DNA of 64,000 nucleotides, taken from the NCBI GenBank assembly GCA_964520645.1, contig CAZFND010000002.1, forward strand, positions 9,424 through 73,423, given 5' to 3'. This document shows positions 29,797-38,865 of the stretch, piece by piece. The notes under the pieces were generated by a model. The model searched no databases and was not told the origin of the DNA. It saw nothing but the letters and a program-made list of their open reading frames with translations. Each line of letters begins with the position of its first letter. Positions within the stretch are counted from its first letter, which is position 1. The DNA is from an uncultured Candidatus Saccharibacteria bacterium (GTDB lineage: Bacteria; Patescibacteriota; Minisyncoccia; Phycocordibacterales; JAKAEA01). Both the position numbers and the translations under genes were made by a program.

Positions 29797-30900
29797 GTGG
29801 ACATGTATCGAAAAATTTATTTTTTCTACGGTGTGATTCTATTTTTCTTACTTTTTACGGGTTTTGCATCTATTGAGTCAGTGCATGCACAGGTTTCTTC
29901 AAATAATTTTCTATTTACTAGAAGTTTGAAGCTTGGAGACAATAACAATGATGTAATAATGCTTCAAAAAGTGTTAAACAGTAGCCCAGATACCCAGATT
30001 GCCTTCTCAGGAGTGGGGTCACCAGGCCAAGAAACTACTTATTTCGGCCTATTAACCCAACGAGCGGTCATAAAATTCCAAAATAAGTATGCTTCAGAAG
30101 TTCTTTTCCCCGGAGGGTTTGTGTCAGGAACTGGCTTTGTAGGGCCATTAACTATCAAAAAACTCAATAATGTATCAGGTATTTTTATTGTATCACAACA
30201 AAATAACCAAAATATACTTAATCCTAGACCTATTTTTGATATTTATAGTACAGATAAGAAAATCCAAGATGCTCAAATTTCGATAGTTCAACAAAACAAA
30301 AATACCCAAAATAAGCCCGATGTAAGCGCTATTTTTAATGATCTCTATAGAGTAGCCATCTATACACTCTCTAAATATAGTGGCGTAAGTGGTAGTACTT
30401 TCACGATAAACGGGGCTGGATTTGATACAAATGGCTCAAACACAGTGTATTTTGGTGGAACATACTCTATAAATGCGACAGTAGTAAATGAAAATGTACT
30501 TTTAGTAAAGATTCCACAAATTCCTGCAGGAAGATACGATCTAGCCGTAAAAAGTAGCTTTGGAATAAGTAATACTAAGTTTTTTGTTGTGACTACTCCC
30601 TCCTCGCCTCAGGTAAGTGTGGCTTCAATTAGCCCTAGTACCGTACGTTTTGGGGATACTATCACGGTAACTGGCGTAGGATTTACCACTAAAAACAATG
30701 AAATTCAAACTAATTTAGGAATTTTTAAGAATATCGGCTCTCCTGATAGCAAAACTATGACATTTACGTTTTCCCCAGAAGTTCTTAGAGATGCAATTGC
30801 AAGCGGAAGGAGTTATAATCAAACGATGAAAGTTACCCTCTATGTAGTAAATGATAATGGTATAACCGTTACCCCTCAATCTTTTAATGTTTCTTTTTAA
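29797..30900 (+). CDS. secreted protein with peptidoglycan-binding-like domain and IPT/TIG-like beta-sandwich repeats
   Basis: Signal peptide …VHA-QV; PG_binding_1-like segment (VIMLQKVLN…GLLTQRAVIKFQ); repeated GxTFTINGAGF / TITVTGVGF modules; divergent from operon promoter. Confidence 0.45.
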   Translation: MDMYRKIYFFYGVILFFLLFTGFASIESVHAQVSSNNFLFTRSLKLGDNNNDVIMLQKVLNSSPDTQIAFSGVGSPGQETTYFGLLTQRAVIKFQNKYASEVLFPGGFVSGTGFVGPLTIKKLNNVSGIFIVSQQNNQNILNPRPIFDIYSTDKKIQDAQISIVQQNKNTQNKPDVSAIFNDLYRVAIYTLSKYSGVSGSTFTINGAGFDTNGSNTVYFGGTYSINATVVNENVLLVKIPQIPAGRYDLAVKSSFGISNTKFFVVTTPSSPQVSVASISPSTVRFGDTITVTGVGFTTKNNEIQTNLGIFKNIGSPDSKTMTFTFSPEVLRDAIASGRSYNQTMKVTLYVVNDNGITVTPQSFNVSF

Positions 30901-31285
30901 TTACATGCTCTTCCTTAATATCATTAAAAAATCATTTGTAGTAACGCTTATTACCCTATTTATCTTTTTCTTTAGTGTGGCTCCTGTATGGGCACAAGGT
31001 GTAAATCCATTCAATTTTGGTGGAATAGTAGCTTTTTCCTATCTTTGTACATGTTCACTCAATTGGGTTGTTACGATTGTTGGTCCTAAGCCTGCTATAT
31101 TGAGTTATTATTACACACCTCAATTTGCGAATTTTCAGCTTCCGCGTATGGGAGTATGGACATTAGGAACATACACACCTGGTGCTGTATGTCTTGATTG
31201 GTATCCCGGATTTCCACCTTTTTGTGCTCCTTCATGGATGGTTCCCTTTGGAACGATCTTACCTCTCGTAGGAACGAGTTTATAA
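30887..31285 (+). CDS. small secreted Cys/aromatic-rich protein
   Basis: Signal peptide …APVWA-QG, 6 Cys in ~95 aa mature part; start may be ATG at 30905. Confidence 0.35.
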   Translation: MFLFNYMLFLNIIKKSFVVTLITLFIFFFSVAPVWAQGVNPFNFGGIVAFSYLCTCSLNWVVTIVGPKPAILSYYYTPQFANFQLPRMGVWTLGTYTPGAVCLDWYPGFPPFCAPSWMVPFGTILPLVGTSL

Positions 31286-32065
31286 AACTCTCGTTAATTC
31301 CTTCCACTTCTCAAGGGGCACATCTTCTGCTCGTGCTTTAGGCGAGATATTTAATTTCTCAAATAGTTCCAATAAGTTTTGATTGGGAAATAATTCTTTG
31401 ATATTCCCCATCAGCATTTTGCGTTTGTGGGCAAATCCTTCTTTAATAAGTGTGAAGAATTTTTCTTCTGAAATATCAGTGAAGAAATCTTTTGAAATAT
31501 TTTCTATTAATAAAATAGCGGAATCAACATTTGGTTCTGGAGAGAAATATTTTGCTTTAACTGTTTTTATATATTTAGGTTTTCCATATGCTTTCACACT
31601 TAATGAAAGAATACTTTCTTTTTCATCACGTGCCACTATTCTTTCGGCTACTTCTTTTTGAACTAAAAGCACCATGCGAGAAGGTTGATGCATTTCAGTC
31701 AGAAACTTTCTTAAAAGTACTCCCGTAATATAGTACGGAATATTCGCTGCTAATTTGTAAGTATAAGAATACTGACTGAGTAATGAATCCAAATCTATTT
31801 CAAGAATATCTCCAGAAATTAATTCTAACTTTTTTTGTTCTATCTCTACTTTGAATTTTTCTTGAAGAATAGGTATAAGTTCTTCATCTTTTTCCACGGC
31901 AATTACCTTCCCTGCTTGAGCGAGCAAGACTTCGGTAAGTGCTCCTTTACCTGGTCCAATTTCTAGAACTACATCTGAGCCAGTAAGCTTCGCTGCGTCT
32001 TGAATAAGTCTGAGGGCTTCTTTTGATTTTAGAAAATTCTGACCGAGAGATTTTTTTGCGTACAT
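31280..32065 (-). CDS. rsmA: 16S rRNA (adenine1518/1519-N6)-dimethyltransferase RsmA/KsgA
   Basis: GQNFL, SAM-binding EIGPGKGALT, full KsgA pattern. Confidence 0.85.
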   Translation of the reverse strand: MYAKKSLGQNFLKSKEALRLIQDAAKLTGSDVVLEIGPGKGALTEVLLAQAGKVIAVEKDEELIPILQEKFKVEIEQKKLELISGDILEIDLDSLLSQYSYTYKLAANIPYYITGVLLRKFLTEMHQPSRMVLLVQKEVAERIVARDEKESILSLSVKAYGKPKYIKTVKAKYFSPEPNVDSAILLIENISKDFFTDISEEKFFTLIKEGFAHKRKMLMGNIKELFPNQNLLELFEKLNISPKARAEDVPLEKWKELTRVL

Positions 32066-32066
32066 G

Positions 32067-34016
32067 TTAGTCGAAATAAATAGTCTTTAAGCTTGTGCGT
32101 CGACTATTCTTTTTTGTTTCAGCTTCAACAAGTTCATCATCCATTTCCACCATAAATTCTGAAGGAAGATTCATTTGCTTTGAACCAAAGATAGTTCGCA
32201 TACCTGCATATGTCAAGAATAACTTTTTGCGAGCACGAGTGAGTGCAACATAAAAGAGTCGGCGTTCTTCCTCGGTGTCTGTATTCTTATTGTTGTCTCC
32301 CATTCGCTGATGAGGGAAAAGATTTTCTTCAAGCCCAGTAATAAATACGTAATCAAATTCAAGACCCTTGGCTGCATGTACGGTCATAAGCTTTACTGCA
32401 TCTTGGTTCTTAATGAGAGAATCTTGATCGGTAGCAAGTGCGGCATCAGCTAACAAGCTCTCAATACCTTCTTGTGGAGTGAGACCATCATATTTTGTGG
32501 CAAGAGTTACGAGTTCCTTACTGTTTTCTATTCGCTCCAAATCTTCTTCAGTTCCCAACTTTTTGAATGACTCTTCGATACCAGTTGCTTTAATAATAAA
32601 CTTTATTGTCTCACTTGGTTTGCTCTTCTCACTTATTTCTTTTATTGAATTCAATATAGTATAAAAATCATCTATCTTTTTCTTTGTTCCAGCAGGAAGT
32701 GTGTCTTTCTGATCAGAAAGAACTTTTAAGAGTGTAACTTTCCCAATACCTCGTGCAGGTACGTTAATAACACGTTTAATATCAGATAGTGATTCAGGAT
32801 TGAGTGCTGCACGAAGATACGAAAGAATATCTTTTACTTCTTTTCGTTCAAAAAATCGTACACCAAGTACTTGATGTGGAAGACTGTGCGTGAGCAATGC
32901 TTCTTCAAGAACACGAGACTGGAAGTTGGCTCGGTACAAAATAGCGATTTCTCGAGGTGACACTCCTTTTTTAATTAATTCCTCTGTTTTTTCGGCAATA
33001 AAGTCTGCTTCTTCTGCTTCATCGTATCCCGTGAAGACACCGATCTTTTCTCCCTCTCCGTTTTTTGTGAACAGTTTTTTCTCACGTCTCATCTTATTCT
33101 TCTCGATGATTCGGTTGGCTGCGGTAAGAATTGTTTGGGTTGAGCGATAATTTTCTTCAAGTAAAATCACTTTTGCTTCTGGATAATCTTTTTCAAAGTT
33201 AAGAATATTTTGAATATCAGCACCTCGCCATGAATAGATCATCTGATCGATATCCCCCACTACACAAATATTGCGTTCTTTTTTTGCCAACAATTTTGCA
33301 ATACTATATTGCACTTTGTTTGTATCTTGATATTCATCGATGTGAATGTATTTCCAAATATTTTGATAATGAGTGAGAACTTCTTCGTTGTCACGCAAAA
33401 GAATAACTGTCTTTAATAGTAAATCATCAAAATCAAGGGCTTTTTCTTTCTTAAGTGCCATTTCATATTTCTGCCAAATGTCTGCCACAATTCTCTGGAA
33501 ATATTGATTCCCTACTTTTGCTGCATATGAGCCTGCTGTTTCGAGATTTCCTTTTTCTCGAGAAATAGTATTGAGTATTTTCCCTGGTTCAAATTGCTTT
33601 GGATCAAGACCTGCTTCCTCAACTGCTTCTTTTACAGCTCGCTTAGAATCATTACGATCAAAAATAGCAAAGTGTCGAGGAAGACCAAGTACATGGGCAT
33701 TCTCCTTAATAATGTGTACTCCAAGAGAGTGGAAAGTACTTAAGAATGGTCGCTCATTGAAAGAGATAGGAAGATTGAGTTCTTTATCATCTTCCATAAG
33801 CTTTTCTACACGCTCACGCATTTCTTTCGCCGCTTTATTCGTAAATGTAATTGCAAGAATATTTTTTGGCTCAACTCCGTCCTTGATAAGTGAGAGGATT
33901 CGGTGAGTTACGGTTTTTGTCTTCCCAGCTCCTGCTCCAGCAAGAATAAGAAGCGGTCCATTCTTATGAATGACCGCTTCTTGCTGCTGCTGATTTAACC
34001 CTTCGAGATATTTCAC
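32067..34016 (-). CDS. pcrA: ATP-dependent DNA helicase PcrA/UvrD family
   Basis: Motif I AGAGAGKTKT, DEYQDTN, and other SF1 motifs (VGDIDQMIYSWRGA etc.). Confidence 0.85.
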   Translation of the reverse strand: MKYLEGLNQQQQEAVIHKNGPLLILAGAGAGKTKTVTHRILSLIKDGVEPKNILAITFTNKAAKEMRERVEKLMEDDKELNLPISFNERPFLSTFHSLGVHIIKENAHVLGLPRHFAIFDRNDSKRAVKEAVEEAGLDPKQFEPGKILNTISREKGNLETAGSYAAKVGNQYFQRIVADIWQKYEMALKKEKALDFDDLLLKTVILLRDNEEVLTHYQNIWKYIHIDEYQDTNKVQYSIAKLLAKKERNICVVGDIDQMIYSWRGADIQNILNFEKDYPEAKVILLEENYRSTQTILTAANRIIEKNKMRREKKLFTKNGEGEKIGVFTGYDEAEEADFIAEKTEELIKKGVSPREIAILYRANFQSRVLEEALLTHSLPHQVLGVRFFERKEVKDILSYLRAALNPESLSDIKRVINVPARGIGKVTLLKVLSDQKDTLPAGTKKKIDDFYTILNSIKEISEKSKPSETIKFIIKATGIEESFKKLGTEEDLERIENSKELVTLATKYDGLTPQEGIESLLADAALATDQDSLIKNQDAVKLMTVHAAKGLEFDYVFITGLEENLFPHQRMGDNNKNTDTEEERRLFYVALTRARKKLFLTYAGMRTIFGSKQMNLPSEFMVEMDDELVEAETKKNSRRTSLKTIYFD

Positions 34017-34035
34017 TCAAACACTATATCACCAC

Positions 34036-34569
34036 TTATTTAAAAGACAAAAATGTGGATTTTTTTACGGCAAAAAGAGTAAAAAATTGAATAACTCTCA
34101 CCAAAAATCTAGAAAATGTAGATGATTCTTGTGGTGTAAGGATTGCTCGGCCGACTTCGGTTTTTGTAATATCAATTTTTTCTTCTGCCACAACCTGACT
34201 TTTTTCAATTTCTATCACAGGAGCTCGAAGTGTTGCTTCGTAGTCGTTAAAAAATGTATTATCCTGGCGAATTTCTTCTTGGAGTTCTTTTGGAAGTGGA
34301 ACTACAGGAGTTTTTTCTAGAAGGAGCTCTAATTGAAGTTTGCGGATATCGAGTTTGCGAATTTCATTTTCTAGAGCTGCTCGCTTGGTCTTTGTTCTCT
34401 TTTTTTGTTCAAGTTCCTTAATGAGTGCTTTTGTTTCATGAATTTTGTGCTGAAGGTCTGCCAATTCACGTTCAAACTCTGTCCAATGTTCAAGTACGTC
34501 CTCTTTTTTTACTTTTAATTCTTTAAATTTGGTGACCATGTGATGCGAGATATTCTTATTCTCTATCAT
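34036..34569 (-). CDS. hypothetical coiled-coil protein
   Basis: K/E-rich heptad-like sequence; exact start uncertain. Confidence 0.3.
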   Translation of the reverse strand: MIENKNISHHMVTKFKELKVKKEDVLEHWTEFERELADLQHKIHETKALIKELEQKKRTKTKRAALENEIRKLDIRKLQLELLLEKTPVVPLPKELQEEIRQDNTFFNDYEATLRAPVIEIEKSQVVAEEKIDITKTEVGRAILTPQESSTFSRFLVRVIQFFTLFAVKKSTFLSFK

Positions 34570-34826
34570 ACTCTATTTTTTATTTTTTGTGGAAGTCATT
34601 TTTTATCCCCAAGGGTGTGGATAGCAGTCGATTGACATAAGATTCTCATAGTTTATAGTTACTGAGTCATCTAATTTTCGATGACTCAGTGCAAATTCCG
34701 ACCGCTTTTTTATGGCTTAATGAAGCCATTTTATACCGACACACTGTTTTATCCCTTAAAATTAGGCTTATTTTACGCATTCCCCAGGATCCTAAGCAGT
34801 CTGTTCAAAAATCTTCGACTGTTTGG

Positions 34827-35846
34827 GTGATAAAAGTGATATTTATAGGGCTTTTTACGGTCCAGATGAGTATACCGCATACCGTAGAAGCTAGTATTAT
34901 ATCTATAATTAGCCATATATTCTCCCCTACGACTGTAGCGGCTGAGGAGAGTAATGGTGATACTTCCCAAAAAATGGCTCTATTAGAGGCTCCTGTTAAC
35001 CCTACCGCTACTGGAAGTATCCCTTCTCCTAAGGTAAGTGTAGTGGATAATGCCCTTATGCCAGAAGGAGTAGTGCCGCCTACTGCTGCTATTTCTCATA
35101 CTCATGAAGATGATAGTGAAAGTAATGCTATTACTACCTATACCGTAAAAGCAGGAGATAATATCTCTACAATAGCCGAAAATAACGGTATTTCTATAAA
35201 CACTATACTCTGGGCGAATAATTTAAAGAGAGACGTTACTCTTAAGGTAGGTCAAAAGCTCGTTATCCTACCTATTTCAGGTATTAGTCATAAAATAGTA
35301 TCAGGAGATACCCTTCAGGCTATTGCTATCAAATATCATGGTGATGCAGCAGAAATTGCGGCATACAACGATATCGTAGACAGTAAACTTCAAATTGGGG
35401 ATATTATTGTTATCCCTGATGGTGAACCTCTCGCAAAACCATCAACAGGTATTAGTGTTACTACTCCTGTTTCAAATATATCTAATTCTGGATATTACAT
35501 CCGCCCTATCAAAGGTGGTACAAAGACGCAGGGTATTCATGGAAGTAATGCTGTCGACTTAGCAGATGCCTGTGGAACGCCTATTTATGCAGCAGCAGCT
35601 GGAAATGTGATGATTAGTAAGAGTAGTGGATTGTGGGATGGTGGCTACGGTAACTATGTAGTAATTAGTCACCCTAATGGTTCTCAGACCCTATACGCTC
35701 ACATGACCAAGGCGATCGTAAGTGAAGGTGACTCTGTAACTCAAGGCCAAATGATAGGTACTATTGGTGCAACAGGTAAAGTAGCTGGTGCTACAGGATG
35801 CCACGTTCACTTTGAGATTAGAAACGGTGGTAGAAATCCTTTCTAG
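34827..35846 (+). CDS. LysM-domain M23 family peptidase
   Basis: LysM motifs (YTVKAGDNISTIA…; HKIVSGDTLQAIA…) and M23 catalytic region (GIHGSNAVD… HVHFEI). ORF extends up to 34689 (GTG); probable start GTG 34827-34836 before signal-like segment. Confidence 0.7.
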   Translation: MIKVIFIGLFTVQMSIPHTVEASIISIISHIFSPTTVAAEESNGDTSQKMALLEAPVNPTATGSIPSPKVSVVDNALMPEGVVPPTAAISHTHEDDSESNAITTYTVKAGDNISTIAENNGISINTILWANNLKRDVTLKVGQKLVILPISGISHKIVSGDTLQAIAIKYHGDAAEIAAYNDIVDSKLQIGDIIVIPDGEPLAKPSTGISVTTPVSNISNSGYYIRPIKGGTKTQGIHGSNAVDLADACGTPIYAAAAGNVMISKSSGLWDGGYGNYVVISHPNGSQTLYAHMTKAIVSEGDSVTQGQMIGTIGATGKVAGATGCHVHFEIRNGGRNPF

Positions 35847-37411
35847 CCAATTCTTTTCGGTCTATATTGCAGGGCTTCGAGGATCGCCGTGCTATCAATA
35901 ATGTCTTTTCCGCTCAAATCAGCAATGGTTTGAGCTAATTTCATAATACGGTGATGGGCTCTTCCAGATAAATTGAGCTTTTCAGATGATGTATTGAGTA
36001 TTTGTTTTGCTTCGGTCTCCATATTGATATAGCGAGATATCTCTTTTGCATTCATTTCGCTATTAAGAGTAATCTTACGGTGATTATCTTTGAATCGTTC
36101 TAATTGTCTAGATCGAGCTTTTTCGATGCGCTCACGTATTTGCGCAGTATTTTCTCCTGAAGATACTTTCTCAGTAAGTGCCGAGTGCTTTACTGCTGAC
36201 ACTTCTGTCCATAAATCGATTCTATCTATAACTGGCCCTGATATTTTGCGCTGATACTGGGCAATACGCAGGCTTGTGCAGGTGCAATCCTTTTGAGTAC
36301 TACCATAGTAGCCACACGGGCATGGATTCATGGCTACGACGAGGATAACATGTGCCGGAAACGTCGATGTTCCTCGTGCTCGAGAAATAGTTACTACCCT
36401 ATCTTCGAGTGGCTGGCGAAGTGAATCGATGACCAACCGATTGAATTCGGGAAATTCATCCATGAATAATACTCCCCGATGGGCCAGGGTAATTTCGCCG
36501 GGCTTTGGAAATGTTCCTCCACCTACTATAGAAATGTAGGATGATGTGTGATGGGGAGATCGAAATGGTGGATCAGTTACCAAATCATCTTTTAATATTC
36601 CTGCTACTGAGTGGATGGAGGTAACTTCAAGCACTTCTTCAAATGAAAGATGTGGAAGAAGATGGCAAAATGCTTTTGCGAGCATAGTCTTTCCTGTCCC
36701 TGGTGGGCCGTACATAGCAATGTTGTGTCCGCCGGCCGCTGCTATCTCCAATCCCCGCTTTGCTCCCTCCTGCCCATAGATATCACTAAAGTCGACATCT
36801 ATTTGTTTTGAAACATAATTAATTTCTGTTATTTCTTGAGGAGTAATTTTTAATCGTTCTTTTGGCTCCTGACCTTCTTTAACACGCTCTTTCTTTTCAT
36901 TAATGTGATCAATAATTTCTGTCAGTGTATGCGCGCCATATATAGTAATTCCTGAAATAAGTGCAGCTTCACGAGCGTTTTCTATTGGCAAAAACAGTTC
37001 GGTAAAGCCTGCCTTTACAGCTTCACGTGCGAGAGGTAGGACTCCCGTAATTGGTCTCAATTCTCCATCAAGTGAAAGTTCTCCCAAGAATAATTTTTTC
37101 TCTGGGTCGAAACGAATTTCATCTGAAGCAGCTAAGTATGACAGTGCGATCGGAACATCAAAGTGTGGACCTTCTTTCTTAATATCAGCAGGAGCAAGAG
37201 AAATAATTACTTTTTGATTCTTACTCTTCGGAGAGACATATCCCGAATTTTTGATTGCAGCAGAGACTCTGTCTCGGGATTCTTCTACAGCTTTGTCAGG
37301 TAGCCCAACAATTGTAAACGAATGTAGACCTCGTGAGAGGTCTACTTCAATAGAAATAATGGTTGCTCTAACAAGATTTGCTTGTGCACTATATACTTTT
37401 GAAAAGCTCAT
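35843..37411 (-). CDS. comM: YifB/ComM family Mg-chelatase-like AAA+ ATPase
   Basis: Lon-like N-domain, Walker A YGPPGTGKT, LFMDEFPEF, C-terminal ChlI-like region. Confidence 0.8.
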   Translation of the reverse strand: MSFSKVYSAQANLVRATIISIEVDLSRGLHSFTIVGLPDKAVEESRDRVSAAIKNSGYVSPKSKNQKVIISLAPADIKKEGPHFDVPIALSYLAASDEIRFDPEKKLFLGELSLDGELRPITGVLPLAREAVKAGFTELFLPIENAREAALISGITIYGAHTLTEIIDHINEKKERVKEGQEPKERLKITPQEITEINYVSKQIDVDFSDIYGQEGAKRGLEIAAAGGHNIAMYGPPGTGKTMLAKAFCHLLPHLSFEEVLEVTSIHSVAGILKDDLVTDPPFRSPHHTSSYISIVGGGTFPKPGEITLAHRGVLFMDEFPEFNRLVIDSLRQPLEDRVVTISRARGTSTFPAHVILVVAMNPCPCGYYGSTQKDCTCTSLRIAQYQRKISGPVIDRIDLWTEVSAVKHSALTEKVSSGENTAQIRERIEKARSRQLERFKDNHRKITLNSEMNAKEISRYINMETEAKQILNTSSEKLNLSGRAHHRIMKLAQTIADLSGKDIIDSTAILEALQYRPKRIG

Positions 37412-37461
37412 GTCTAAAGTATAGAACAGGAGACATGAAGAGAACTTCAAGAAAAAATCAA

Positions 37462-37818
37462 TTATTTCTTCATATGCTCTTTGCAGGTAGGAGCTGCAGG
37501 ATTGGCTTCAAGCCGGTCTTGTTCGATTTGTTTATTGCACACTTCACACAATCCATAGGTATTGGTATCTATTTTTGTGAGTGCAGCATCAATTTCTCGG
37601 AGGCGAGTTTCGAGCTGAGTCACAAGTGCAGTATTTTCTTCGTAAGATTCAATACGGTCTGCTGTTTCATTTTCATCGGGAAGGTCGGTTTCCATATCTC
37701 CAGGCACTGCTACCCAATTTTCTGGATCCTTTGCATCTTTGATAATGCCAACTCCCTTTAATTCACTAATAACTAACGCTCGTTCTTCTTCAAGTTTCTT
37801 TTTGAAAGGTGTATTCAT
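37462..37818 (-). CDS. DksA/TraR-family C4 zinc-finger protein
   Basis: C-terminal CEVCNKQIEQDRL…CKEH zinc-finger after coiled-coil. Confidence 0.55.
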   Translation of the reverse strand: MNTPFKKKLEEERALVISELKGVGIIKDAKDPENWVAVPGDMETDLPDENETADRIESYEENTALVTQLETRLREIDAALTKIDTNTYGLCEVCNKQIEQDRLEANPAAPTCKEHMKK

Positions 37819-37853
37819 GCCTCACATGATAGCAAGTCCCCTTGGTAATGCAA

Positions 37854-38837
37854 CTATCGGCTGTATTGAGATGTAATAAGTCGAGTAAATACTTCTTTGA
37901 GTGTGGCTTCGTTGGTCGTTATAACAATAGTTTGTTTGTCGGGAAGTGAGTACATGAGTATTGGCTGCTGACTAGCATTTTTGAGTACACGTACATCTTT
38001 GTTTTGGACGACAAGGTCAGAAAATGTTGATGAAGCTTCTGGTGCAAAGCTCCACAAATCTTTACTGATTGTTTTTTCCCATGCTACCATCCCAGCAAAT
38101 GCATTTTCGTATGACGATGTTTTTAAAATAATAAATGGTTGAGGATTTGTCTGAAGCTGAAGTCCCATAACATATTCAGGCGTAAGTGATCGAATAAGTG
38201 CTGAGGGCATGTTTGTATAAAGTCGTGTAGCAATATCTTGTCCTCCGAGTGCCATTTTTGTTCCTGAAGTAGTGCTTGCAACAAAGAAGTTGAATCGTAT
38301 CAATCCGTTTGATCCTCCTTTTTGTTCGGCTTTTTGATCAGAAATAATTTGTTGAATGGACTTTTGATTGTCTACCGTAACATCCAGAAATTGTTCTGTT
38401 GCCAGAATCGTACTCACATTTGTAAGTGGTGGAGGTGGTGTTGGTTTACGAAATTGTATGAGTAAAAATGCACCAAATCCTGCAATACCAGCAAGTACTA
38501 ATATGCCACTTAAAAAGAGAATAGATATATTCTTTTTATCATCTTCAGGTTTGAGATTTACTGGCTTTGGATGAGCCTGTTGTTCTGCAACGGCTACTTT
38601 TGTTACCGAAACATTATTTTGAGTTACAACTTCTGCAATATCACTTTGGTAGGTGCGAAGATTTTTTATGATATGTTCTGAGTGTAAATCTTCTATTGAA
38701 TCATGTATTGATGCATGGGGAGCTTGAGGAATAACATTTGAAGCCTCAAGTGTATTGAGTGCATTTCCATTTACATCAACTGTTGGATAGAGTGGCTTAC
38801 CGGCAATACCATTTGGATTTTGTTTTTGTTCATCCAT
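37854..38837 (-). CDS. single-pass membrane protein, unknown function
   Basis: TM at ~110-130; no recognisable motif. Confidence 0.35.
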   Translation of the reverse strand: MDEQKQNPNGIAGKPLYPTVDVNGNALNTLEASNVIPQAPHASIHDSIEDLHSEHIIKNLRTYQSDIAEVVTQNNVSVTKVAVAEQQAHPKPVNLKPEDDKKNISILFLSGILVLAGIAGFGAFLLIQFRKPTPPPPLTNVSTILATEQFLDVTVDNQKSIQQIISDQKAEQKGGSNGLIRFNFFVASTTSGTKMALGGQDIATRLYTNMPSALIRSLTPEYVMGLQLQTNPQPFIILKTSSYENAFAGMVAWEKTISKDLWSFAPEASSTFSDLVVQNKDVRVLKNASQQPILMYSLPDKQTIVITTNEATLKEVFTRLITSQYSR

Positions 38838-38865
38838 AGTCCACTTTACTATACCACGATCTTGC

